Below, one piece after another: positions 9,629 through 18,703 of a DNA stretch of 64,000 nt (within the stretch, counting starts at the first letter, position 1; every line of letters begins with the position of its first letter). Both the position numbers and the translations under genes were made by a program. The stretch comes from a virus, in IMG/VR virus record IMGVR_UViG_3300045988_171772, positions 128,001-192,000 of that record; one strand, given 5' to 3'. The notes beneath the pieces are model-generated. The model saw nothing but the letters and a program-made list of their open reading frames with translations. It searched no databases and was not told the DNA's origin.

Positions 9629-10381
9629 TTAAATTTTCTTTGACCTTTTCGTAGTCTTAGTCTTTTTAACCGTGACGGTTTTCTTGACTGTATGAGACTC
9701 CGGAGAAAGATCTGAAAATTCTTCTCCTTTCTTCTTCTCCTTTCTGGTAGTACCTTGCATGGATTGGGCTTTCTTATATTGATCTCTCGCAGTCGCAAAT
9801 GAATTCTTCATCTGTGCCTGCGATTGAATCTTTTGAAGAATGGTATTGGTGGTAGAGATAGGTGTAGCTAAGGTCATAACGTCCTTACAAGCCATATTGC
9901 CATAGGCATAATGAACGAGTAAAGATGTGATATAGAGACTTCTTTCATATCCAATGATCCCATAACTATTCCGAACTTCTGCTGTCTTCTTGATAGTATC
10001 CTTCTCATAGAGTCTGCGGGTCCAGTCTATGATGAGAGTCTTTTTATAGAAGAGATTGGCATAGGTATACAGGAAAGAAGGGCAATTGGAATAGACTTTG
10101 AATTCCATATCATTGACCTTAGTATCATCAAATCCCTTGGTATCCAATTCCAATAAGACATCGTAATGCAATCCTTCTCCATATTTGGATCCTGATTTGG
10201 ATTCCAGTTGGTAATGGAAGATCAGATAACGCTTTTTATACTGGTAAAGTACGGGTATGCCCTTACCTAAAGAAATGAAATTCTGGGCTTCATCCGCATA
10301 CTTTTGCTTAGTAGTGGATTGATCGCCCAGGACATTCGAACCTTTCCCAGCCGGGTTGGTTAGGTAATCGAGAATTGTCAT
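9629..10381 (-). CDS. hypothetical protein (250 aa) with lysine-rich C-terminal tail
   Basis: AGGAGA SD 8 nt upstream of ATG. Confidence 0.75.
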   Translation of the reverse strand: MTILDYLTNPAGKGSNVLGDQSTTKQKYADEAQNFISLGKGIPVLYQYKKRYLIFHYQLESKSGSKYGEGLHYDVLLELDTKGFDDTKVNDMEFKVYSNCPSFLYTYANLFYKKTLIIDWTRRLYEKDTIKKTAEVRNSYGIIGYERSLYITSLLVHYAYGNMACKDVMTLATPISTTNTILQKIQSQAQMKNSFATARDQYKKAQSMQGTTRKEKKKGEEFSDLSPESHTVKKTVTVKKTKTTKRSKKI

Positions 10382-10522
10382 ACTTCATATCTCCTATGCG
10401 TATGCTAAAGTGTAAATCCGCTTAGTCTCACGTTCGGATACGGATAATCATTTACATATGGATTCCTATGTCGTTACCAAACTTTCTAATAATGCTAAAG
10501 AATAATAGCCGAGGTGATAAAA

Positions 10523-11275
10523 ATGGCTACTCTCACAATGACGGACATCTATAAGTCCGCATTTCAGAATATCTGCTCAACACTTCGGGATTTGTATGTG
10601 AGTGCGGAAGAAGGAACTTCGGATAATCTTCTGATGAAGGTTCGGATTTCCGGCGATCCCACTTATGGATCGAATCTCATTTCCTACTATTATATTCCGA
10701 TCCAGGTTCGTAAGCTCTGGAGTCAGCATTACTCCCAGGTCGTTCTCGATCAGGTGGAGACTGCGAATCGTATTACGATTACGACAGATGCTTCTGTGGA
10801 CATGGATCTGGAAGGTGCTGCATGGGTGCAGAATATCATCTCTTCTTTCATTACCAATCGGATTCAGATGACGAAGTCCGAGATTCTGAATAAGAGATAT
10901 TCTCATTCCTGCTACATCAATTCCGATGGGTGCATCTCGATCTCTATGGTGAGCAATAACACTTATCATACGAGCTACACTCTGGCAGTTCCCTCTGGAA
11001 ATCCTCTGGAGATTTTCAAAGGGTGGAATCTGGTCTCTGATCGTTTCATTACTCTGGTGCCTGTCTCCAATGTGGATACTGGTGCTCCGGATGATCCTGA
11101 CGATACAGATGATCCGCTGAATGATGGTACCATGATTCATTGCGTGACGAATGATGATGGTACCAATAGTTGGATCTGCGAATCTCCTGATATCTCAGAA
11201 GATGGCGAAGATACAACTACTGTCTCCTGCGATTACGATGAAGCAACTGATACACATACGTGGTCTTGCGAGTAA
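10523..11275 (+). CDS. hypothetical protein (250 aa) with acidic, Cys-containing C-terminus
   Basis: ATG at 10523 follows GAGGTGA; the track GTG at 10514 lies inside the SD. Confidence 0.7.
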   Translation: MATLTMTDIYKSAFQNICSTLRDLYVSAEEGTSDNLLMKVRISGDPTYGSNLISYYYIPIQVRKLWSQHYSQVVLDQVETANRITITTDASVDMDLEGAAWVQNIISSFITNRIQMTKSEILNKRYSHSCYINSDGCISISMVSNNTYHTSYTLAVPSGNPLEIFKGWNLVSDRFITLVPVSNVDTGAPDDPDDTDDPLNDGTMIHCVTNDDGTNSWICESPDISEDGEDTTTVSCDYDEATDTHTWSCE

Positions 11276-11299
11276 TCCCTAAGTTTAAGCACATCATAG

Positions 11300-11352
11300 C
11301 ATCGCTTCTTATAGAGATGATATAGAGTCTTTATAAGAAGCGATGTTTTGTC
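11300..11352 (+). terminator. intrinsic terminator (CATCGCTTCTTATA / TATAAGAAGCGATG)
   Basis: 14-bp stem followed by TTTTGTCTC. Confidence 0.65.
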
Positions 11353-11952
11353 TCTGTGGTAAAACCTACATGGGGTTTCTCGTTAGATCAAACGAGCCTT
11401 GGTTACGGTGGATTATACCCCGACGGGATGAATCTTTGGGACTGGGATATCGGTATAGTTTGTGGCACTGCTTCCATCCAGGGTCTAACCTCCCCTTGGA
11501 TATATTGGCCAAGAAGAATGTCGCCCTGGTATTTATCGCCGGAGATTTATCTTGTCAAAAACCGTATGATGCTGTCCATATAGGAAGAGCAATAAGATTC
11601 AGGGTCGCTATTTAATCTGAATCTGTCCATATGGGCTAGATTGACTCTATAGAGACATACGCGATAAATATCTCTATAGATGCGGAATTGTAATCTGTGT
11701 GGAGTGAGTAATTCCCTCACTTAAGCAAGAAAGTCTGTAGGAGTCTATCAACCCTATAGATGCACACAGGAGAGACGGATATAAGTGGCTTGATAACTCA
11801 CTTGAAGTCATCATCCAGGAGGGATGGGCTGTGGATACGGATTCCTGTATCATTTGATACCGTTTGTCGTATGTGTAAGATGATGAAAGCATGTTATTAC
11901 TGGCATGAGGTTTGTGATATACCTGAATATCGCTCCGTCTTTTTATTGATTG
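11353..11952 (+). ncRNA. candidate large structured RNA of about 600 nt, class unknown (ROOL/GOLLD-size; not verified)
   Basis: GC-enriched and lying between two terminators. It holds only mutually overlapping SD-less ORFs. Helices seen: 11379-84/11391-96, 11595-602/11617-24, 11646-55/11671-80, 11808-15/11879-86 and 11834-40/11845-51. Confidence 0.4.
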
Positions 11953-11999
11953 AAAGAGATATACCGAAATTATACAAATCGGTATATCTCTTTTATTTT
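11953..11999 (+). terminator. intrinsic terminator (AAAGAGATATACCGA / TCGGTATATCTCTTT)
   Basis: 15-bp stem followed by TATTTTC. Confidence 0.65.
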
Positions 12000-12052
12000 C
12001 TGGGTATTGGAACCCCAAGAACCCTATCTTAAGAAATGAGGTGACTCACATA

Positions 12053-14074
12053 ATGAAAATAGAGACATTTAATGTCCCGCATGTGGGAGCTTCACAATCA
12101 TTCGGAACCTCTACTCTTCTGAATAATCTGAAGAATATTGGTTCCGTGATTCTCAATACTCCAGTAGCAGCGAGTCCGTATACCGCTGCTTTTAATGTTT
12201 CCTATAATAATGGGTTTATGGATTTGAATACGGTCAAATATCTGATGCAGACTATCCAAAAGTTTGCTGATGGGAATGATCGTACCACTTCCGAAGGATA
12301 TTCCGCTATTATGGGATCTTATTTGGCTGGATATTTGGAAGCTCATTACGATCGTAGCTATACTTCCAATGATGATGTCACTCTTGGTATATTGTCACCC
12401 TTCTTGGGTGTCTATGCTGAGATTGCTCATCAGAAGAAAGATAGAAAAATGCTCAATACCAAAGAAGTATGTGAATACTTCTGCGATTTGTGTGCAACCA
12501 TCGGTTACGTTCCCAGTGACTATGAAGCTTTTGCATTGACCTGGGAAGAAATCCAGAGTGCTGAGATTATGCCGAGAATTCTTGATCTCATCAGAGAGAA
12601 GGCTTATCATACTCAGCATATCCCTACGGATTCTAATCAAGATCCTATGTCTAGAGATTTTCTCGATAGTATCATTTCTTCTTTGGAGAAGGACCTTCTC
12701 TCACACGATAATGATGCTGAATACGTAGCATCTCAGATTCCGTATGTAACAGAAGCTATTATCTATATGACTGATGCATGTCTCTTTCTTTATAAGTCTA
12801 CTCTGGATAGATTGGCAGAGGAGACATATAGGGAAATCAATGAAATTCTCAATGAGAAGACTTATGCTCCTATTGCCAAGTATATTCCAATTGAAGTAGC
12901 GAAAGCTACTCAGGGATTCCTTGTTGAAACCATCAGGTCTTTCTCCAACATTGGAAATTATCCTCAGAATGAGGTAGGATTCAAGAAGTGCATTCTTGAG
13001 AATATCACAGATGAGAATTTCAAGGAATTCATGAAGGAACTCGTTGAGTATTTCAAGAGGGATTTCTATCCGGATTATCTCAGACATCATAAGAGTGATT
13101 CTGGATCTATGCCTTCCTCTACAGGAAGTGACAATAACTGTGCCTATGTCTTCAATGGAGTCTTCAGAACCATTGCAGATCTTCTGGTACAGAATTGGGA
13201 GAGATCTAGACCCTATATCGAGTCCGATTATCTGAATCGATTCGTTGAGAGATTCTGGTCTTACTTTACTACTTACTGGGTAAAGAATTTCAACTCCATC
13301 GACTTCGGTGAAGTGGATACTCTGACTGTGGATAGTAGTGAAGAATACTTGAAGTATCTCATCAGCTTCGCAGACAAAGAACTCGATGAACTCAAGAATG
13401 CTTACGAAGAAGAGGATAATCATCCTAAGGCAGTATGTTCTCCTATGAATGTTAATCCTTGGGGAATTGCAATTGAGGGTAAGAATTCTATAAAGTATCA
13501 AGAGAAACAAGGATCTCGAATTGGCTCCAATATCTCTAAGGCATTTCAGAATGCTATGGAAGGAGCTGCTCATATCATTTCTCAGTTTAAGAAGATCTCT
13601 TCTGCTGTCTATAAATGGATTACTTCTGATACTAAGAATCAGGATAAAATCGTCTTGGATGGTAGAAAGTTTACCTTCCCCGGATTGATCAAGAGAATCC
13701 TCTTGAGCTATGGTCTTTTCCATGTCAATATCGTGGCTGGTGTCTGTGCATGGATTTTCCTCTGGGCCAAACAGAAGAAAGCCAATAAGGCATCGAGAAG
13801 AAAGATGATCATGATGCTTCAGGAAGAGATTCAGATGACAGAGGAGAAGATCCAGGATGCATCTGCGGATGGAGATCGTAAGGCTAAGTATGCTCTTATG
13901 AGATCCAAGAATCAGTTGCAGAATGCTCTGAATAAACTGAAGTATGGATATGGCGTCGATCTCAAAGATGAAGAGCAACCTGCTGTCCGTAAGGTTACAG
14001 ATCGTGCCTTGAGTGGTGGTAAGATTGCTCCGGATGATAGTCTGAGAACTGCCAGAAGTGGTGGAAGGAGATGA
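12053..14074 (+). CDS. hypothetical protein (673 aa) with C-terminal TM segment and basic coiled-coil tail
   Basis: ATG at 12053 lies 9 nt after GAGGTGA; hydrophobic stretch ILLSYGLFHVNIVAGVCAWIFLW. Confidence 0.75.
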   Translation: MKIETFNVPHVGASQSFGTSTLLNNLKNIGSVILNTPVAASPYTAAFNVSYNNGFMDLNTVKYLMQTIQKFADGNDRTTSEGYSAIMGSYLAGYLEAHYDRSYTSNDDVTLGILSPFLGVYAEIAHQKKDRKMLNTKEVCEYFCDLCATIGYVPSDYEAFALTWEEIQSAEIMPRILDLIREKAYHTQHIPTDSNQDPMSRDFLDSIISSLEKDLLSHDNDAEYVASQIPYVTEAIIYMTDACLFLYKSTLDRLAEETYREINEILNEKTYAPIAKYIPIEVAKATQGFLVETIRSFSNIGNYPQNEVGFKKCILENITDENFKEFMKELVEYFKRDFYPDYLRHHKSDSGSMPSSTGSDNNCAYVFNGVFRTIADLLVQNWERSRPYIESDYLNRFVERFWSYFTTYWVKNFNSIDFGEVDTLTVDSSEEYLKYLISFADKELDELKNAYEEEDNHPKAVCSPMNVNPWGIAIEGKNSIKYQEKQGSRIGSNISKAFQNAMEGAAHIISQFKKISSAVYKWITSDTKNQDKIVLDGRKFTFPGLIKRILLSYGLFHVNIVAGVCAWIFLWAKQKKANKASRRKMIMMLQEEIQMTEEKIQDASADGDRKAKYALMRSKNQLQNALNKLKYGYGVDLKDEEQPAVRKVTDRALSGGKIAPDDSLRTARSGGRR

Positions 14075-14081
14075 TCCTCTT

Positions 14082-14753
14082 ATGAATACTCTGGATGAAG
14101 TCTTTGAATTCTTCCTCGATGATAGTGAGGATCTGGATCCTGCGATGGAATTGGATATCTTAGCAGGTGGAGATCCTACTACCAATGCAGCAGAGAATCC
14201 TGAAGCGGCTGGTGGTGGAGCTGGTACACAAGCGCCGGATACCAATCCTCCTCAGAATGTCGATGCCGATACTCCTCCGGATACAGAGGGAGATCCCGGT
14301 ATGGGAGATGACATGGGCGAAGAGGATGAATTCGGGGATGAAGAAGGTGGAGACTCCATGGGTGATGTTGACACCAATAGTGGAGATCCAAATAACCCCG
14401 ATATGGAGAGAAGAATCAATCTTAGAAAGTTGATTCTTGCTCTGATCAATGCCTATGAAGGATCCATCAATGCTATGACCAATGGAACTCCTCCTGCAGA
14501 TGATAATCTTTCTACCAAGTATTACAATCTCCAGGATAAGATGACCAAAGCAAGAAATATCCTCTATGAGATTGCTACGAATGACATCTATGCCAAACCG
14601 TATGAAGATTCTCTGAGAAGATATTCTGCTTTGAATCAGCTTTATTCCATCTGTGTCGAATATCTCAATACCATCCTCATTAAGAAACCTGAAGATGTCA
14701 AGAAGAGAAAGAGAGGACCTTCTGCATTCCGGAATAATGTGAAGGTCAGGTAA
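14082..14753 (+). CDS. hypothetical protein with acidic low-complexity N-terminal half
   Basis: ATG at 14082 follows GGAAGGAG; the track GTG at 14058 overlaps the upstream gene. Confidence 0.7.
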   Translation: MNTLDEVFEFFLDDSEDLDPAMELDILAGGDPTTNAAENPEAAGGGAGTQAPDTNPPQNVDADTPPDTEGDPGMGDDMGEEDEFGDEEGGDSMGDVDTNSGDPNNPDMERRINLRKLILALINAYEGSINAMTNGTPPADDNLSTKYYNLQDKMTKARNILYEIATNDIYAKPYEDSLRRYSALNQLYSICVEYLNTILIKKPEDVKKRKRGPSAFRNNVKVR

Positions 14754-14765
14754 GATAAAATCTAT

Positions 14766-14812
14766 ATTGCTAGTATACTTCTATTCATAAGGAGTATACT
14801 AGCAATTCTTTT
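14766..14812 (+). terminator. intrinsic terminator (ATTGCTAGTATACT / AGTATACTAGCAAT)
   Basis: 14-bp stem followed by TCTTTTA. Confidence 0.6.
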
Positions 14813-14831
14813 ATATAGGAGATGAAAGAGA

Positions 14832-14942
14832 ATGTTTCAATTCATCAAGAGTGTATTGTCTCGATATTATTCTTGCTATCGTCTGAAAGATGAAGAAGTG
14901 GAGAAAGTAGAGAGATACTGGAGAGTCTTAGGTCTTATCTAA
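14832..14942 (+). CDS. possible 36-aa micro-protein (MFQFIKSVLSRYYSCYRLKDEEVEKVERYWRVLGLI)
   Basis: AGGAGA about 10 nt upstream of ATG; below the track length cutoff. Confidence 0.3.
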   Translation: MFQFIKSVLSRYYSCYRLKDEEVEKVERYWRVLGLI

Positions 14943-14953
14943 GAGAAGAAAAT

Positions 14954-15013
14954 AAGAGCTAGAGAATCATCTGGAGCGATAAAGTGAATATCATCCAGGA
15001 TTCTCTAGCTCTT
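14954..15013 (+). promoter_or_regulatory. long interrupted hairpin (about 20 bp) 190 nt upstream of the capsid gene
   Basis: AAGAGCTAGAGAATC pairs with GATTCTCTAGCTCTT, extended by CTGGA/TCCAG; no T-run. Confidence 0.3.
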
Positions 15014-15204
15014 AGTAAGCTCTCAAAAATGACCATGTATAACAGCCTCTTAAATAAATTTTACATAAATGCCAGAATTCTTTGCGATATAGCGAACCCC
15101 ACGCTCTGTGGAAATAAACAATACCGTAAAGCGGTGAATCCCCTTATCAAGGATTCATCCATTTGTGTAAAACTTAAACTTCAATAAATTGGAGGTTAAA
15201 TACC

Positions 15205-16917
15205 ATGGCTAACTTGCTCAATCGCTTTGGCCAGGAAACCCGCATTATCGGTAACGATCATGCTTCCAACGAAGATGCGGGCTTCAAAGCTGAAGTCAAA
15301 GGCATTTTTGAATCCTACGCCGGACAGGGCGTTGACCTGACCTCTGATCTGCCTCAGATCATTGCTCGTGCCAACGACCGTCGTGAGTTCGAAGACCAGA
15401 TCATGGAGAGCTTCGCCAGCGATCCGATGTTCAACGACAGCCGCATTTCCCATGATGTGTTCTACGGGAACTACGCTGAACGTTTCGGCCTGCTGCTGGA
15501 CAACTCTCTGACCAGTGTTGCCATCGAGTCTGTCACTCAGGGTTACCATCCCATCGTTGCTTACAACCCCTTCTTCCTGAAGAAGCAGTGGGTTGCCTGC
15601 ATCTTCAAGGATGTCCTGATGACCGAAGTTCCCAACAGCCCTGTGATCAACCTGGCCTTCGAGCGTCGTTACATCAAGACGATGTCTGGCGAGAAGTACG
15701 AGATGCCTGATGTCTTCTATGATGACGAGAAGATGGCGACTCTGTCTGAAGAGTCTCAGGGTATCCCCATGGATGCTACCAAGGAGATCTCTCTGCCTCT
15801 GAAGAATGAGGATCTGCTGGTTGCGGATTACTTCCCGGCTATCGGCGCTATCGTTGATCGCGCTGAGATGCTGAACCAGAGCCTGGAGATCGCCGAGGTT
15901 CACTTTGCGACTGCGGACAAGTGGATTCCGGTTCATATCACCGCTGACGCTACCACCCATGCTTTCCCGCCGAAGGTCATCTCTGATGGCCGGGCCACTC
16001 CCGAGACCGATACTCTGGTCGGCAATGTCGACTTTGAGGGCGGCCGCGTGACCATTGTCTCTACGGCGGACAAGATCGACAAGATCAAGATGAACGGCAA
16101 GCTGAGCAACCGTTGGAACGAGCGCGGCCTGACCGTCATCCGTGAAAACGAGCAGATCCAGAAGCAGATGCCTGAGTCTGGTCCTCGTATGAACACGGCT
16201 GTGACCGTTGAGGAAGCTGCTGACGCTCTGGCTCTGCAGCGCATCGACATGATCGCCGATAACGTCGACATGATGGGTCGTTCTCTGGCTGAGCTGGAGG
16301 ACTACGAGATCCGTACCTTCCTGGACAAGAGCTATCAGGCTCAGGAAGCTGCTGGTGCTGGCCCGTACGGCTATGAGAAGCTGACTGTCACTGCGAAGTT
16401 CAACGCTCTGCCGTATGACGGTTTCACCAATAACATCACTGACTGGATGAAGGATTCTCGGGAATACTTCGAGCGTGTGATCAACACCCTGAAGCAGAAG
16501 CTGAAGAGCCCCGATGTGATCATCGTGGCCGTGGCGAATCCCGAGCTGATCCGTTTCCTGCAGGATGGCATCGACTGGGTCTTTGCTGATGACACCCAGA
16601 TTTCTGGCATCAAGATTGCCTACAAGTTCGGCATTCTGACCACTGCCCAGGATCGTGTGCACATCATCACTTCCCATTATCTGAAGGCCGATACCGGCAT
16701 TCACTTCATCGTGATCCCGACCACCAAGGAACTGATCACCTACAAGCACTACAAGTACAACATGGTGATCGATCGTGGTTACCGTAACCCGGTCCACACC
16801 CTGGTGCCCAACATCATGGCCACTCAGCGTACTCTGACCTTCGAGGTTCTGCCTGTTCAGGGTCGCATGACCATTGATGGCCGTGACTTCACTTCTCCCG
16901 AGACTCTGACTCGGTAA
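15205..16917 (+). CDS. major capsid protein (T4 gp23-like)
   Basis: VPNSPVINLAFERRY resembles the remembered gp23 segment QPMNSPTGQVFALRAVY. Codon bias is the strongest in the window (markedly higher GC, CTG/ATC/GGC). GGAGG SD and strong terminator. Confidence 0.7.
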   Translation: MANLLNRFGQETRIIGNDHASNEDAGFKAEVKGIFESYAGQGVDLTSDLPQIIARANDRREFEDQIMESFASDPMFNDSRISHDVFYGNYAERFGLLLDNSLTSVAIESVTQGYHPIVAYNPFFLKKQWVACIFKDVLMTEVPNSPVINLAFERRYIKTMSGEKYEMPDVFYDDEKMATLSEESQGIPMDATKEISLPLKNEDLLVADYFPAIGAIVDRAEMLNQSLEIAEVHFATADKWIPVHITADATTHAFPPKVISDGRATPETDTLVGNVDFEGGRVTIVSTADKIDKIKMNGKLSNRWNERGLTVIRENEQIQKQMPESGPRMNTAVTVEEAADALALQRIDMIADNVDMMGRSLAELEDYEIRTFLDKSYQAQEAAGAGPYGYEKLTVTAKFNALPYDGFTNNITDWMKDSREYFERVINTLKQKLKSPDVIIVAVANPELIRFLQDGIDWVFADDTQISGIKIAYKFGILTTAQDRVHIITSHYLKADTGIHFIVIPTTKELITYKHYKYNMVIDRGYRNPVHTLVPNIMATQRTLTFEVLPVQGRMTIDGRDFTSPETLTR

Positions 16918-16957
16918 TTGATTCTGAAGTCTATCAACTGATCAATTTCATGAATTC

Positions 16958-17007
16958 AACCCCGTATACGGAGATTCTTACAATCCTCGTATACGGGGTT
17001 TTAATTT
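16958..17007 (+). terminator. intrinsic terminator (AACCCCGTATACGGAG / CTCGTATACGGGGTT)
   Basis: 15-16-bp stem followed by TTAATTTG. Confidence 0.7.
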
Positions 17008-17018
17008 GTTAATAGAGA

Positions 17019-17831
17019 TTATCCAACCAGTCTTACCACATACCATACTACAGACGATCTTATGGTAGGAGCTGCACCTGTCATGGTAGCATTACCATTG
17101 GAGTTTACTTTGACAATCCGAATGATAAGTCTGGATGACTGGAATACCCAGTCTTGGGTATGCTCAAAATCTACATTATACAACTCAGTGCAATTCGGGG
17201 TAGACAAAGCCAATGAAGGATGATGACCTTCACTACATCCGATATTCCCTACAAAGAGAAGAATTTGATCTTTGGTCATAGCGTATGTCGCATTGAAATT
17301 CGTACTCGAATCCGTATTGCCATTATCAGATCCACTATAGACCTGAGTAGGTTTGAATATAGTGGCGAAGCTTGACACGAATGTACTCATAGCGACTCTA
17401 ACTTCAGGAGCCCAGTCATCGCCATTCGAAGAATAAAATCCCTCAGGAATTTTATTCAAAGCATAATATTTTCCATTTACATCTGTTCCGATTCCAATAC
17501 CACCAGCATATTGATATTGACCTCTATCGAATCCCGCTTCTCCAACAATTTCACGGAGTTTTCTTTTAATATTAGGATGAGGGCTCATACGGCCATCTGT
17601 TTTACGATAAGCTCCTCTCGGAATTGCTAAATACACAAAGTTGGTATCGGGATCGTATTTAGTAACTACAGGACATTGATTATCATTCGGTTGATCTACC
17701 AACGAACCTGTATGAAGTTTACCATCACTTCCGATATATTTCTTGCCTTTAATTACATCGATATCTTGAAGATTAATCTGGTCTAATAATGATTTTGAGA
17801 TCCCCGCAGAAGATAATAATACTTCAGGCAT
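17019..17831 (-). CDS. hypothetical protein, possibly tail-fibre/receptor-binding-like
   Basis: AGGAGA SD. The N-terminal motif DVIKGKKYIGSDGKLHTGSL resembles a motif I recall from Gram-positive phage fibre proteins (weak). Confidence 0.6.
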   Translation of the reverse strand: MPEVLLSSAGISKSLLDQINLQDIDVIKGKKYIGSDGKLHTGSLVDQPNDNQCPVVTKYDPDTNFVYLAIPRGAYRKTDGRMSPHPNIKRKLREIVGEAGFDRGQYQYAGGIGIGTDVNGKYYALNKIPEGFYSSNGDDWAPEVRVAMSTFVSSFATIFKPTQVYSGSDNGNTDSSTNFNATYAMTKDQILLFVGNIGCSEGHHPSLALSTPNCTELYNVDFEHTQDWVFQSSRLIIRIVKVNSNGNATMTGAAPTIRSSVVWYVVRLVG

Positions 17832-17929
17832 ACTTCTATTCTCCTAATTGGTCTGTATATAGGATCTGATACCCTATTTATCCACTATAATTATTTATAA
17901 TTATAGTGGATGGATTTATGAAGGAAATA

Positions 17930-17979
17930 AAAAAGACAGATACGAATGAATAATGAACCTCATTCGTATCTGTCTTTTT
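17930..17979. terminator. perfect 20-bp bidirectional hairpin inside a divergent intergenic region
   Basis: AAAAAGACAGATACGAATGA pairs with TCATTCGTATCTGTCTTTTT. Confidence 0.5.
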
Positions 17980-18051
17980 CTGTATATTATATTTATAATC
18001 AAAGATGGATTTCTATAAAGATCACTATTTATAAACTAGGAGGAAAATCAA

Positions 18052-18318
18052 ATGAGCAAAATCGTTAAGGCTAAATGTGTCGCTTCGTATGTCTTAAAAG
18101 ATGGAATATTCAATAAGGTTCTCCACGACCTTAGAGAATCCATGAAAGATGTCACCGTAGAAGGCGCTAGAAGTGAAAATAAAGCTATCGCCTTCTACGA
18201 ATTCCAAATTGATGGAGAGAAAAACATCTTCATTCCAATACTCATTCGACTCGAATTGTGGGGTGATTCTCTGATTAAATCTTCCATGGCGGGCGCCGCC
18301 AATATCGAAAACCCATAA
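18052..18318 (+). CDS. hypothetical protein (88 aa)
   Basis: AGGAGGA SD upstream of ATG. Confidence 0.7.
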   Translation: MSKIVKAKCVASYVLKDGIFNKVLHDLRESMKDVTVEGARSENKAIAFYEFQIDGEKNIFIPILIRLELWGDSLIKSSMAGAANIENP

Positions 18319-18364
18319 TCCCGGATTCTGAATCCTTGAAGATTCGAAAGAAGAATATCCGATT

Positions 18365-18520
18365 ATGAAGGTGGACCTCGAAGATGGAGAATACGAATAT
18401 CTTCCCATGCAGGAATTCGGATGGTCTATTGAGTCTGATCCGGAGATGAGAGAAGGGCCGGTTATGCGTCCGTTTGTAAACATCAAAACAGCAGATTCTG
18501 GTCTCAGAGTTCTTCTGTAA
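18365..18520 (+). CDS. possible 51-aa protein (MKVDLEDGEYEYLPMQEFGW...)
   Basis: ORF below the track cutoff with a weak SD; a terminator follows directly. Confidence 0.35.
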   Translation: MKVDLEDGEYEYLPMQEFGWSIESDPEMREGPVMRPFVNIKTADSGLRVLL

Positions 18521-18525
18521 TACCT

Positions 18526-18567
18526 AAGAAAGGGAATGATTTATACGGATCATTCCCTTTCTTTTTA
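18526..18567 (+). terminator. intrinsic terminator (AAGAAAGGGAATGAT / ATCATTCCCTTTCTT)
   Basis: 15-bp stem followed by a T-run. Confidence 0.65.
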
Positions 18568-18629
18568 TAAACAAATCCAATATATTCATTTATGAATGGT
18601 CCCGGGTCTAACCCTGAAACAACGTGTAG

Positions 18630-18703
18630 TCTTTAAAATAAAAACCTTTAAATGGGTGTGACATATGTCGGCTATATACCGGTGTCACACCCATTTAAAG
18701 GTT
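18630..18703 (-). terminator. strong 21-bp hairpin terminator for minus-strand transcripts
   Basis: AACCTTTAAATGGGTGTGACA pairs with TGTCACACCCATTTAAAGGTT; TTTTATTTT on the minus strand. Confidence 0.6.

Noticed and set aside
11343-12032. Four overlapping 75-114-aa ORFs on both strands (11343..11615, 11356..11583, 11674..12018, 11760..12032)
   Set aside because: They overlap one another, lack an SD, and have odd compositions (Trp/Cys/His-rich). They run across hairpins and the terminator. The region is better explained as structured RNA.
12701-14245. 514-aa minus-strand ORF
   Set aside because: Codon-aligned antisense shadow of 12053..14074, with no SD and a Ser/Ile/Leu-rich pseudo-protein. 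The same reasoning rejects 270..962, 2823..3875, 6994..7560, 10577..11140, 19511..20083, 21876..22340, 22994..23548, 24443..25123, 27829..28683, 34617..35294, 48173..48871, 49730..51016, 51719..52195, 53519..54364, 57474..58385, 58618..59163, 60035..60580 and 60710..61471.
15196-16797. 533-aa minus-strand ORF opposite the capsid gene
   Set aside because: It lies in the codon-aligned antisense frame of a strongly biased gene. It has no SD, and its product is low-complexity (V/L/D/G-rich). It is a shadow ORF caused by the absence of TTA, CTA and TCA codons.
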